From assembly GCA_000708835.1 (NCBI GenBank), contig DF237436.1, positions 4,935-68,934 of the forward strand: DNA of 64,000 nt, read 5' to 3'. The translations under genes were made by a program, and so were the position numbers. This document shows positions 12,301 through 24,620 of the stretch, in pieces. Source of the DNA: Klebsormidium nitens. Its lineage: Eukaryota > Plantae > Klebsormidiophyceae. The notes under the pieces are model-generated. The model made no database searches and was not told where the DNA came from. It saw only the letters and a list, made by a program, of their open reading frames with translations. Every line of letters begins with the position of its first letter. Positions within the stretch are counted from its first letter, which is position 1.

Positions 12301-13732
12301 AGGTTGTACATCCAATCAACAGAAGCGCGGCAAGCCTCGTGGTTCGAAGATGGACAAGTTTGAGGAAAGTTGCATGGATTTCTTAAACAGACAGGGACTG
12401 TGCGCTTACGCCTGCAAGCGCTTCCTTCCAGCCCGCTGCGGACCCTTCAACCTGCGCCACTATGCGTGCTGTGAGGTCTCCAAACGCCCCCGCCTTTAGC
12501 TCCGTTGTTGCTTCCATTCTTGACAGTTTCTCTGTCAAAGTCGCCAGGGTCGTGTTCACACTGCCCTCCCGCACCACTGAGACGACCTGCAGAACGGGGG
12601 TGGGAAAAAGGACTCGATTGCTGGCAATGTGGAGGGCTCATCATCTGAGGTTCTGCTCTTGTGCAGTGGTAAGCCCAGAATTGTGTGAACAGTATCAATT
12701 GTACAAGACTAAAAGCCTTTTTTCACAAAGCTATATCAATTTTTGAGGTCTCCTACCCACTGTCCAAAGAGCTCTAGGTGCAGGGTCATACTTTTGGCAC
12801 CACTCAAGTGGGTCCCTTCACTATATTGATGCAAGACAGCTTGTGATTTCTAGGTCGAGAGCAGAGAGCATCTTGACGGTATAGCATCTTAAGAAGAAAT
12901 CTTTTTCCAGAGAATCTTAAGAACAGCATCTTTAGAACCCTGACCATCTTTTATCGTCTTTAGAAGAGATTATCTGTGGAGCGTCAAGCATTGATGCTAC
13001 TCTTTACATTCTAGCCCAATTCTGCTTACAATCGGGTCCTTAAGAGACAACCAAATAATGAAAAAATAATGTGTGTCTGTTTAGCAAGGCCAGCAAAGTT
13101 TCTGGAATTTAGCACTTTCGTCCAAGCTGCAATTCAGTCTTCTAAAGGTGGTAGTAAATTACCAGATGGTAGAAGGGAGTACGCACAGATATCTTGTGTG
13201 TTCCAAATGGCTTGTAGTGGAATCGCTACAGCTTTGACATTTAATCCTGAAAGTTGTGGTCTGTGTGCCAAGCTTTGTCTCAGACTTGCCTACGGTTGCT
13301 TTCCAGGGGGGACATAAAAGTTGGCTAAGGATCTGTGGCAGTCTGACAACGTTTTCTTGATAGGCCGAATGTCCTCCCTTCCATTTCAGAAAAGCAGTGA
13401 CCCGTCGAAGCAGTTCTTCATTCACATAACAGACATCTGCATTCTGGGGTCTTCAGTGCCTTTCAAAGACTAAGAAGGACCAACAGGTCGTTTAAAGCAG
13501 AGAAGAATCTCACCGTCGGACCGGCACAGAACGGCAGCAGCAGGCCAAAGCTGTGGTACAGCTGCTGAAAAGAGCTGTCAAACGCACTCGACGACATGTT
13601 GAGAGATCCGAGGGATTGCAGGATGGAGCTCAGTCCAAAGCCCATCACAAATAAAAGGACCGCTGTCATGGGCCCAAAGCGCATGCCCCCACCCCCGAGG
13701 GGGGGCGCATCCCCTCGCTTGAGGAGCTTCAT
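6367..13732 (-). CDS. GT23/FUT8-like (alpha-1,6-fucosyltransferase/NodZ-like) type II membrane glycosyltransferase, about 647 aa
   Basis: Nine phase-consistent exons: 13732-13514, 12586-12410, 11851-11654, 10982-10773, 10253-10018, 9315-9156, 8507-8307, 7516-7266, 6658-6367. N-terminal TM segment. IWAHQHPADC...GLGSQLH resembles FUT8 LQNPKDC...GYGCQLH. ISLHVRQGDK matches the GDP-Fuc-binding HVRRTDK motif. C-terminal CDYFVGVPGSNWNRLIDE resembles ADFLVCTFSSQVCRVAYE. Confidence 0.85.
8219..8341 (-). repeat. 37-bp duplication of an exon 3' end plus splice donor (NRERHRVYGKQ|gt)
   Basis: Copies at 8219-8255 and 8305-8341, 86 nt apart, with 2 mismatches. Confidence 0.85.
12869..12966. repeat. Degenerate intronic minisatellite, about 7 copies of (C/A)ATCTT at roughly 15-nt spacing
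   Basis: catcttga, catcttaaga, aatctttt, aatcttaaga, catctttaga, catctttta, cgtctttaga. Confidence 0.5.
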
Positions 13733-14911
13733 GCTCGTGCGAGGAGCGCTCCAGGGGAGTGAGGAACTGAGTTTACCAACTGCAGTAGAAAATATGCTGC
13801 TCTTTCAATTGGGGATGCGCGCAACAACATTCACTGTGGTCTACCTGCACAAAACAGGTCAAGAAAGACTCAATATTCCAAAACATAATAAATGCAAGAA
13901 CGAGCCTCTTGCCGGCTGCATGCTTGATGAGCATTTTGCTGATGGGCTTCCAATGTCACCCGCTTTCCTCACCTTGGTTTTTCTGCAGCGCGCCTTGTTC
14001 TGATAGATGCGCAGAGCGGGATTGATCAGGCAACTGTTTCCTTGTCACACTTACAAGGTGTATGGTCCTGAGTAGTTATGGGGTTCTGGGAGATCACTGC
14101 TTAGTCCATGACCATGAAGCTTCAATTCGTGCTGAAGAAACATGGTTCATTGCGTTGCAATGGTGAGAAATGTCAGCTCGCAAGCAGATATGTACTAGGA
14201 CACTTGAGCTGCGAGCTGGCAGCTACAGCTTGCAAATAGGTAGGCGCCATGAAGAAAACTGCAGCGAAGTTGAGATGCACACGTGCTGTGGGCTCTACAT
14301 CCGGTAGTGCCTAGTCGCTGTGCTCTGTTGCAACTTCCGCATGTCGGGGCCTTTTCCATGGGCGGAGTACTGGAAGTAAACAAATATTAGTACCTACCAA
14401 TCATTGCTTTGGCATGCTGCAAAGCTGCGTACCCATACTCGGTACTCGGCAACTTGCAGGTCACATGAAACTATCGCCGAGATAGAAGCTGTTACCGGTG
14501 TGCGGTAACGGCACCGTGCACAGTCCCACTGGACGGGTGGTCGTGAGCTGAACCTTGCTGAATGCGAAGAACGGCACCCCACCGGCTGAAAACCGGCTTG
14601 CGACGCCGGGAGTCAAGCCTTGTGGAGCAAGCGTGGTGCCCGGGGCTTAAAGCAAAATCACATATTGTCGATCAATGGATCTTTGAACCCCTATAATTGG
14701 TTTGAACCGGGTGGTCAAAGGGCATTCTGTCGAACAAAGACAAACTAGTGATCGATCCGGTTATTTAATCCGCTCCAGAGTCCGCACCCAAACCAACCCA
14801 AATCTATTATTTCTTCCTGGGTAATCGCACCTGCTCCCGGGCATGACCTTATCATCTGCCCGATATCTCTAAGATTCCTAGGGCGTCGAAACCGGTGGCC
14901 GGCTTGTCCAA

Positions 14912-15164
14912 GTACCGAGCCGGGGGTTGTACCTGTACCTGCGAAAGCGTCGTCAGAGTTTGCGCGAGTACCTAGATAGCTCAAGCGGCGCTCCATAATG
15001 TACCTCTTTGTCGGCCGGTCTGGATACCTTAGTACCTATTGTATTTGAGACCGAGAAATTACCGTACTGTAGGTAGGTACCCAGTGCGGCGTGCCGGTCG
15101 ATCGTACACAATTTAATCAAGGTGTGTCCTTCAATAGGTACGGTACGTACATCCATTTCTGTAC
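14912..15164. promoter_or_regulatory. Dense cluster of 13 GTAC tetramers (SBP-box/copper-response-element core) in a divergent intergenic region
   Basis: GTAC at 14912, 14929, 14935, 14968, 15000, 15032, 15064, 15077, 15104, 15138, 15143, 15147, 15161. About 1 is expected by chance in 253 bp. The regulatory function is inferred. Confidence 0.5.
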
Positions 15165-15856
15165 CTGACGTGCACGTGGACTAGTGCACTGTCCAGTGAC
15201 TCAAGTGTCCACTGCAAAACGGGCTTTCTGATGAAAATTTGATGATGTTTCCTGCAGCTCATGTGAGTTGCATGAGTTGCTGAAGAAAGGTAAAAGTGCA
15301 CGCATACCTCAGGTCGAAAAAGACGTTATTGATTCTTGAATGATTGATACGAGCAACAGGAATGCAGCGCTGCAGACATTCAGGTTCATCCGCGGACTCC
15401 TCTGCAAGCTGTGTTAAAGCTGGTAGTCCTACCTGAGTCTTGCGCACCTCTTGATCACCGGTGCGCGTGCATATGCATCTCGTGCAGGCGTTCCTACTTA
15501 TATAACCTAGTGTATGTCATGAGGTTACACTGTGATTGGCAGAGCCTGAGAAACTAGAGCCAGGAGCTCGATCAGGGGCTTGCGTAAGGCCTTCAGATTC
15601 TCGCCAATATTACGCTGCATCAAACCAAGCTGTGACTGGGGTGGACAGCTTGTCTACAAGATATGCATTAAAGTGATCTCCAAAAGTCAGCGGGCTTGTA
15701 TGCAAGCTTACAATTGCTACAGCTCTAGTACGTATATAGTTAAAGCTGTGGCCAGTGGTGCGGGGGGGAAAAGAGCAAGAGAGAATCGCTTGGAACTGGA
15801 CGCATGATGCGCCGATGGGCGTATCTTCAGCATGAACAACGGCAATAATACGAGCC

Positions 15857-15863
15857 TATATAA
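15857..15863 (+). promoter_or_regulatory. Putative TATA box of the NXPE-like gene
   Basis: TATATAA about 50 nt upstream of the ATG at 15911. Confidence 0.55.
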
Positions 15864-15910
15864 GGAGGCAGTGAAGTGCGCAGAGAGACAAAACCTTGCC
15901 AAAACTCAAG

Positions 15911-18900
15911 ATGCCCTTCTCTCACCTGGCCAAGCATGCCACACTAGGCCAAGTCTTTTCCTTCACGTTTCTGTTCGGCCTCGTGCTTGGGTGCCTGTTA
16001 TCGGCTGTGATTCGTGATGCCGGAATTGAGAGTGGTTTCAGCTTATGTGATACCACAAAGGAAGTGCTACATTCTCGCCTCCTACTACAACGCACGTTGG
16101 AACAACCGACCAAAAAAAGTACAGCTGGCAGCATTGCACAAGTGACAGATGGCAGCAGCAAGGAAGCTGAGAGCCTTGCCCAGCTCCATCAACAGGTGGA
16201 GCTCCTTGAGAAGACCCGAGATCTGGAAGCGAAGGTATTAAGTCTCAAGCAACAGCTGGCAGAAGCTCTGAAAACAAACGAGAGTCTGACAGCAGTAAGC
16301 GGAAGCGAGGCACACACTGGCGTGTTGCCAGGTGTCAGCAGCTTACGAGAAACAGGAGGTGGCACAGCTGGGCTGGCGGCGAATCCATTACTGAAGGATG
16401 CAAAACTACATGGAGGCACTCGAACAGGGGAGCAAGGTGGCGAGATGCCATTGGCTGGGTCCCAGTGTGGTGCGGCGCAGTTCCGACACCTGGCAGAAGG
16501 AATAATGGTAGACGGGCCTTGCGAATGTGTGGTTGGCGTGCTGTGCAGTCTGACCGTCCTTTCAGAAAACGAGACCTACTGGGATACGCTGAATAAGGAG
16601 GCGCAGGAGATTGTACTGTACTTTCTGGGGCCGTCCAGAGCAGTCGCAGAGCTGCAGGCCAATCATTTCAGCCCCGCCAGAGCGTCGTGGACGGCTAGCT
16701 TCCGGCTGTGGGATGCCGGGGATTACCAGGCTATTATTCTGGGGGGCTGCAACGCAGCGAGCGGTTTGGAAAAGCTAGCCGATTTTAGCGTCACCATTGT
16801 TCCTAGGCAGGGGGGTGGTCAACTGACCCCCTGTAGTTACGGACAGGGTTTCCAGTGGGTCAAGCAGGGGGAGGACAAGTGGGAGTGGACTAATCACCCG
16901 TGCGCCCCACCGGTGGTTCCTGCGGCGGACTACGCATACCTGATGCGGAGGAAGGGTTTCCGGCGGGTGCTGTTCGTAGGGGACTGCCATCAGCGCGTAC
17001 TCTATCAGCACCTCAAGAATTTGCTGGGTGCCCCAATTGGGGACGACGACCTCAACAAGCCCAAGCACGACATGAAGGAGGTGATCAACGCGGGCGACCC
17101 GGAGAGGGAACTGCATCTGCACTTCTACTGGGTAGATGGGTGAGTAAACCCGATGTACACTCAAGCAAATCTATAATTGTGCAAGCTACAAAAGTGCTGG
17201 CAATTGTTAATCTCTTCCGTATATCCTCATTAGACTAAACCAGGGTTGTTTCATGCCCTGTCTCTCGAGATCTGTGGGACGGCCAGAAGCATAGCGCAGG
17301 CCCCACCTCAACTTCTCCCACCCCGACTTGTGTTGCGTCTATATTGCACCACCTTAACGCCTTCGCCGCAATTTCTTTTCTCTGCTTTCATTTTCATAAC
17401 TTCCCCGTTGTAATATCCTAGCTCTGCTTTGCTCTTCTCACTCAAACTTGCTTGCAATGGACTGCAATTGTGTGGCTGCACGTTTCCAGTCTCGTCAAGA
17501 TCGAAATGCATCGAGATTGGCTGCAAGAGCTGTTTGGGGAACGAAAAGCCCGGACCCGCTTTTGTTGTAAAGATGTCGGCACCGTTCGCTGAAGCAGGCC
17601 CCTTCAGGACGCTTTGGAGTCATTTTATGAAAGCAACTAGACCGATCTAGCCCAGTAGAGATTCTCGTGATCAGATGTAAGGTCAGAGCTGGATTTTTCG
17701 AGGGCAGGCCTTGTTCGCGCAGGTCTTGTGATGAACTTTGAGTGTCGTGTCTCGTCTAGTTGGTGAATGTAGACACTGTGGCTCGTCTGCTCTGGGAGAG
17801 TTTATGCTGTAAACGCGCTTCCTTCAGCAGAGGCCAACCTGCAATCCAGGTCATCAAGAATGTTTGATCCTGCAGTTGGCCGTGTTTTCCGCATCAAGCA
17901 AGCTGGTCCGAGGATGTGAGCACAGATTGAACGCATTGAACATCGCTAGCAAACGGTCAAGACTGCAATCAATGGCTCCGAGACGTCCATCAATCGTCGG
18001 CTCGAACCCAGCCGATACAACAGCTGGCTTTTACCACAAAAGTGCTCCTTTTCCTTTAGTCAAAGAAAATAGTGAGAACGGACTCCCTGGATCAGATGTG
18101 TTGTCATCTTCGATTATCACCTTCAAAAGCCATTCACAATTAGTTTGTCCGTTAAACATTGACGGACGTCGCAAGGACACTGGTTCCAACTGGTTCCTCT
18201 GATCTGACAATGCAGCCCTCGTTCATGTTTCCTTCTTTGCTGAGGAATCCCCGGACCGCATCCACGTCGTTCGTGCAGGATTTATGCCAACGGCGAGTTT
18301 GGCTGCACCGACCGAGGCATGTACTCCGGGCGAAACGAGACCAACTCGTACCCGCAGATCCAGCCCGGTAGGTTGTGCTTTCATTACACCACAGGCAGGG
18401 CCTGTGGCAACCGCCTGTGGTACTGTCGTACACTGTCTTTAATGTTATACGTTTCTACAATCTGTGATGAGCATTTTGACATTCTCCCTCTGCTGGGCAA
18501 GTGCTCTCAGGACTCGGACTGCTAACCAAGGATCTGGAGACCCATCTAAACAAAAGAAAACGGAGATTACCCATCGGACGTAGGAAGGGTGCATTCTGAA
18601 TGTAGCTACGATCAGCATGTCGGTTGAGCGAACCTGGCTCACAAGTCCTGCTATTTCTCAGCCTCCTCGTCTCTGCAGGTGCTGACGTCATCTCGCTCGA
18701 CGCCGGGCACTGGACGGCCTACTGGTGCACGGACGCGTGGCAGGCGTTCAACAAGCACCTGCCCGCGTATCTAGACTGGGGGGAAAGTTTACTCAGCCCG
18801 CAGAGCCGCCTCGTGTGGCGCACCGCGCCGTCGTGGATGCCCGAGTGCCGCAGGAAGTACGTCACGCTGGCGTCACTCAACCGGCTTGCCCTAGAGGCGA

Positions 18901-19061
18901 TTTCGTCCCGGCCATACGCCCCGTTTAGCAGCTGGGATGTTGAGGCTCCCCGTTTCTCGGAGCTCCGAGAGGGGCACTATTCTTGGACCACGGTGGATGA
19001 TACTGGGTCGGAAGTAGTGAGGGGGGTGCGGTTGGGGAGGCTGTCGCGAAGGCGTTTATGA
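15911..19061 (+). CDS. NXPE/PC-esterase (TBL/SGNH-like) family type II membrane protein, putative glycan O-acyltransferase/esterase
   Basis: Phase-consistent exons 15911-17139, 18279-18367, 18679-19061. N-terminal TM (VFSFTFLFGLVLGCLLSAVI) and coiled stem. Neurexophilin/Ig-like segment WTASFRLWDAGDYQAIILG, then CSYG-W-W-W-PC. RRVLFVGDCHQR sits at the GDS position, followed by LVWRT and a C-terminal REGHY. Confidence 0.75.
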
Positions 19062-20257
19062 CGTGGAGTATTCACACTTTGCAATGAAGTTCTCGGAAAG
19101 TACGGTCCAGAGGAAACAAGGCACAGCTTTTGCACTGACTACGCTGCTCGCAACTGGTTTTCTCTTTTGTACCGTGTATCTTGTTACAATTAGAGCAGAA
19201 TACAGAACGCTTGCAATCCCGCCTGATCGACCGAGGCAGACCTCTTCCGAACCAACGACTCCTGGACCATATGTACAGAGCGATAGAAATGGCTTCAATT
19301 GTAGAGTCAAGAAGCCAGATTCTCATATGTAAATGATCAACTGAGACCACAATCACCAAGACTGCTTCCACTTGAGCACATCGTGTCACCACTGATTAGA
19401 GTGACACCCCAGGTCACTTTGCCTGGCGCAGAATTTCATCCTTGTCACAATATAAGCCGACTACGCAAAGCTGCGCGCGGCGGTATCTTGAACGTGCCGT
19501 TGCGGTCCGCCTGTTGAACACTCAACGGCAGTGCCCCCTACGATGTTCCAAGGTTCGCTAGCTTGCAGGCTACTGTAAGGACCAGAGACTCACGACGACT
19601 AGCCTGCCACCAATCTCAAGGTGAGATCATGATTTCATACAGAGGTACTCCTTACATGCCGCGCGCGTTGCATGTATACAGCTTGCCAAGTTGCTTTGAA
19701 CACTTGGCACAATAAGTCAGTAATATATCGCATCGTTGTCCGGATGGCTATGCTTGATGCATCACTTAATCAGCGCGGCCTGCCGGGAGCACCGGCCATG
19801 ATCCTTCGAAGGCCAATACAACTGCCCCGCGAGTCACGCACGGCCACCACGTGACTTCAGATCACCGATCGCGATGCAACTTAGCTCGGCCCCGCTGGAT
19901 GCACTTAACAATTGCCTCGAGGGTTGTTATGTGTACAAGAACGTCTATGCGATATTGCTGCGAATCGAAAATTTGCAGCAATCGGTGTGTATGCTCGATA
20001 GACACGTGAAATGGACGGCCGGCAAGTACTCATCATTTACGGGTTCGACTGGACTCGCAATAAGTGGAACATTCTGCATATTCCGGTTTGTGCGTTCATT
20101 TATAGAGACATCTAACTCGTGAAGCGTCGAGCACGGCAGGACTGGTCGTCGACGCTGCGTGTAGAAAAGTTTCGAAGGTGCCACAAATGGCGCCGAAAGG
20201 AGGAGCGTACGCTCAGAAGAATAATTCCCGGTTCCGCCTGTCCACGACTGAACCGAC

Positions 20258-23200
20258 CTAGCCCGCGTGCTGGCCGGCGTCATCCTTGCTAAGCCGGAAG
20301 AACGCCTGCTGCAGAGTCGGTTGGCTCACAGAGTAGTCCTCTATCCCCAAGCTCGCCCGCTTCGTCTCCAATTCATGCAACAACATGGCCAGCTCCGGCA
20401 AGGTCTGGATCGGCACACCAAACCGCGCTTGGCCCCCCGAGTCGCTCTCCGAAGCAAAGCTGCGCGGGCCGCCGTTTTCGCGCCCGGACGACGTCGAGGG
20501 GGAGGGGAAGAGCGTGTTGATGAAGGTGCGTATAGCGGGCAGCTTGGAGGGATGCGCGCGCACGATGAGCGAGTAGTCGCTGCCGTACTTTTTCTTGATG
20601 CTCTGGGGGGAGCCCAGGCATCGAAGCCGCCCCTTCACCAGAACGCCCACCTGGGTCCTGAGCAGCGGGCACGAGAAGCAGCAAATTGTGAGTAGAGGAT
20701 CTTGGTACACACTGTCGCTTCGAAGAAATCCGCGAGAACAAGGCTAGAAGATCGAGAAAGACGAAAGGTGAGAAGGAAAACAAAACAAATCCCCGGCTTA
20801 ACCAATGATTCTTTTGTTTTGAATAGTGTCAATATTTCCAATGTCGTAACTTGGCCATCAAAGTAGATCGACGAAGGGGTGTAAAATAGAATTGCAAGCC
20901 ATATATTCTTATGGAGAAGAGCGACGGAAGAGAGGGTCTTCATCACGTATGTCGAGTACATCCGTAGGAGAGGATACGGCATACGTCAGAGTAGCACCGA
21001 TCAGACTCAGCCCTAGCATAATCACATGCAAAGGAGCATCCATTGGGCTCAGACTCTCTACTGCAGAGCTGCTAGATCTAGTCTGCCTTTGCACTTACCC
21101 CAGTGCTTCCGCTTCTTCGACCGAGCTGGTGCAGATGAGCGTCGCCCGCCCTGCGGAGCCAGCCTTGATCTGGGACCAGACGGCCTGCCGCCCTGCCGCA
21201 TCCATGCCTGCGCGGACGCAAGAAACCTAGTTGAAGAGATCAGGGAGTAGCTTCCTAGCAGAAAAACTGAGGTCTGCATTCGCAAAGACGTCGCAGGATT
21301 GCCTTGACCCTCGAGGGCCCCCATCAGCTAAATGAAGCCCTGGCAATACTAGTATTCAAACGAACGAAAGAACAGGATATCTTCTATACCGTCGGAATCA
21401 GAACGTGTGTTTGATTCGTCCAAGGTAAACGCTGTGGCCGCGATGTTTGGCAACCAGACCCACTGTTTGATTCGCAGCACGAGCAACTAGCAAAAAGCAA
21501 GGCGAACTAGCAGCTGGTTGGATTTGAGCGGACTCCCATCCAACTTCCAAAAATGTCAGTGCTTCAGGTCTCGAAGCAAACCGGATATTTTGAGCGCAGG
21601 CTTGAGCCCACTTAGTAGCTCAGCTCGGCCAGTTCGTTTTCTCACCGAACGTGGGCTCGTCCAACAACAGCACTCGCGGGCCGCCTAGAAGCGCCATCGC
21701 CAGCTGGAGCTTCCTCAGCGTGCCAGGTGGCGCGTTGCGGGCCAGCTGCTTGGCTTCCTCGGCAGAAATCTCCGCAGACAGCAACGCCGAGTCGACTGCT
21801 AGAGAGCCCGACGCGGCGAGACCGCGCACGGTGCACAACATTTGGAGGTGCTCGCGTACAGTCATAGCTCCGGCCACCACCTGCGCAGGAGAACGAGACG
21901 CAGCTTTCGTCAATGCCTTCAGTTCATCCTTGTCCGGTGGCTTTCAATGACAAACCTATGTTACGCCGTAGATTGAGTGTTTCGGGTCCCCTTCATTCTC
22001 GAGGTTGTATCCTCCTGGCAAACAAACAAATCGAATCTGCGCAGAAATGCAGAAGCGCACTATTCAGCGGTCTGAAAATACTCTTGAGCGTCCTGTTTGC
22101 AGTCTTGGTATGTCTTCGTTCTCTACGTCTGCTGTTAGATGATCCACGTAAAACGTTCGGAACACCGTTCATGACCTGCTGTGACGAAGGACCATCGCAC
22201 CGATGCACCTTGACTTTGCCCACTCTCCTCCTCCAATGGTGGTAGATTTAAACAATCGAATAACTCAAAAGACGACGCGCACCAGCTGGGTGCATTGCAC
22301 TAGTGCTGAATGATCTCCAAAAAGCACCTGACCTTACTTTCGTGGCACCTTCATTCATCTCAGACCACACGAAGCAGTTGATGTGAGAATCGACAATCCC
22401 TCCTGGCTCAATCTTGGCTCGATCTCGGCCGTCTCGATTTGTCCACGTTATTATCCTCAGACTGTTCGACTGGGTACTGTTATGGACGACACTACACGCG
22501 GCGGTCTCTGTGCGGGTAAAAGAAAGCGGAAGACACCAAAACCCGAAGAGACAACAAAGAAAAGATCCTAGTACACGTGTCCTCACGTCTCCCTGCGGGC
22601 AGAAGCCGACCTTCCCCCCGTTCCCGAACTCGTAGCTGTAGCGCACGCTCTGGCCGCAGATGAGCGCGTCGCCGTGCGTCACCTCAGTGGTCCCCGCCAA
22701 GCAGCTCAGTAGCGTGCTCTTGCCCGCAGCCGCAGGGCCCACCAACACGATGGTCTGCACAGAAATGGCGGCGGGGTCTGAATGCAACGGTCGTTTTTGT
22801 TTGGGAGCGCGGAAAAAAAGGGATCAATAACCTCACTGACTATCAACGTGATCTTTACGGGTTTGGATTGGCCGTCTGAAGGCACCATCAGAGCGGCCTT
22901 TGTTAACGGAGGAGGATCCAATGACGTGCACTCTGGAGCTTAGGATGTCAAAGAAAAGAGGAACCGGTGCTGCCATTGACAGATCGACTGGTTCGTAGGA
23001 TGGAGACGTCATGCGAGACTGAAGGTGGGTGCTCCACGCAAGCATTTACAATGGCTGCAACAAGAGAAGTGTGGGGAGTCTTATGACAAACGCGCTCTAG
23101 AACTTAAAAAGTTGGCTCAGAGACACAACTCAGCTCGAATCACTGACCTCTCCAGCCCCCACCGACAGCCAGAAGTTCTGCAGCGCCACCACCGGGGGGG

Positions 23201-24581
23201 AGATCTCCGTGTCTTCCAAGACCGGTGGATATGTCTATGGGAAAACGACGAGGTCAGCACAGGAGAGGATCTCACCAGACCGAACCAGTCACCGCGCTTA
23301 TCCTCCTTGCTCTGCGAGAGCACTTGTCTAAACTTGACACCTTTCGTTTCGCAGAACAGTCTCGGCTGTTACGAGGGACCCGCTGGCGGAGCTTTCGTTG
23401 TGGTGCACAAACACGCATGCAGATATCAACGAGTCTACCCAGCGAAAATTGTTTCATTATGCAAGCCGTGTCCCACGCTGGAACCTTCTTTAGACTATAA
23501 CGACAGCGACTGGGAAACGACTTTTTTCCATGAAGTAATTGCACTAAACCCCATGGTTTCCAGCTCCACAATGCAGACCAGCATCTAACCTATTCCGACC
23601 CCCGTACCTTTCCCAGCCCATAGCACAGTGTGAGCGCGTCCTCCTGCTCCTGCACAGCCGTGTCGTTCTGCGCCAGCGTTTCCCACGCCGCGCCTTTCTG
23701 CACCACCTTCTGCTTCTCCGCCGCCACCTCCGGCTCTAATGGAGGCTCCGCGGCGGCGTCCGAGAGCTCGACCGGCGCTTCCTGCCGAGTCTCGGGCTCT
23801 GTAGCTTTCACCTCCAAGTGCCTGCGACGAAGACAGACCAATAGTATTATTGTTGACAAGTGAAACGGGACTGAGCTGCTCTGGTGGAGATGTTTCGCGG
23901 TGATGGGATTCACGACTCATAATTGAGGGGTGCCCAACGCCCAGGTCAGCAGAGATTGTGTTTGGGTGACAGTCAAAGTCCGTTCAAAGAGAGCCGATCC
24001 GGCTCGCCGATCCGCTCTTGAAGCCCTTCCCGAACTCTCCTTAATACGCCCGATCCACTAACTTATGAGAACGGTCGCGTTAAGAAGCAAATCGTCGTAT
24101 CTGGAGCAGAAAATCGAACTTGTTGCGATGGAAACTCCAAGCTCGAAAAACGTACCACAGTCTCAGGGCGTAAAGCGCGGCTGCTGTGGTCAGCCCAAGC
24201 AGCGTAACCGGTATCTGCGTGTCCCACTGGAAGTACGCCCCCGCCGACACGCTGGCGGGCGGGCCCTCGCCGTTTTTGCCCGTCAGCCGTGCGTTGGTGT
24301 AGTTGATGAAGTGGTAGCCCGCAAGGAGCGCATACGGGGGATTGATGAACGACATGATCGTGTGGAAGGGGACGATCGACGAGGTGCCTGCGGAACGAAA
24401 AGAGGCGTGAACTTGGGGTGACATCGAGGCTCGACTACCGTTGTAGGTGTGGCTGTATGCTTGGAGCTGGAAAGTAGGTTCTGAGGTGCTTCTGTCATTT
24501 GTGGGCTTCGGACTTGATCCGGTGTGAGTTTGGTCTGATCAACATGGAGAAATCAAACAGCAGCAGAACGGCATCAGGATG

Positions 24582-24620
<39 letters not shown>

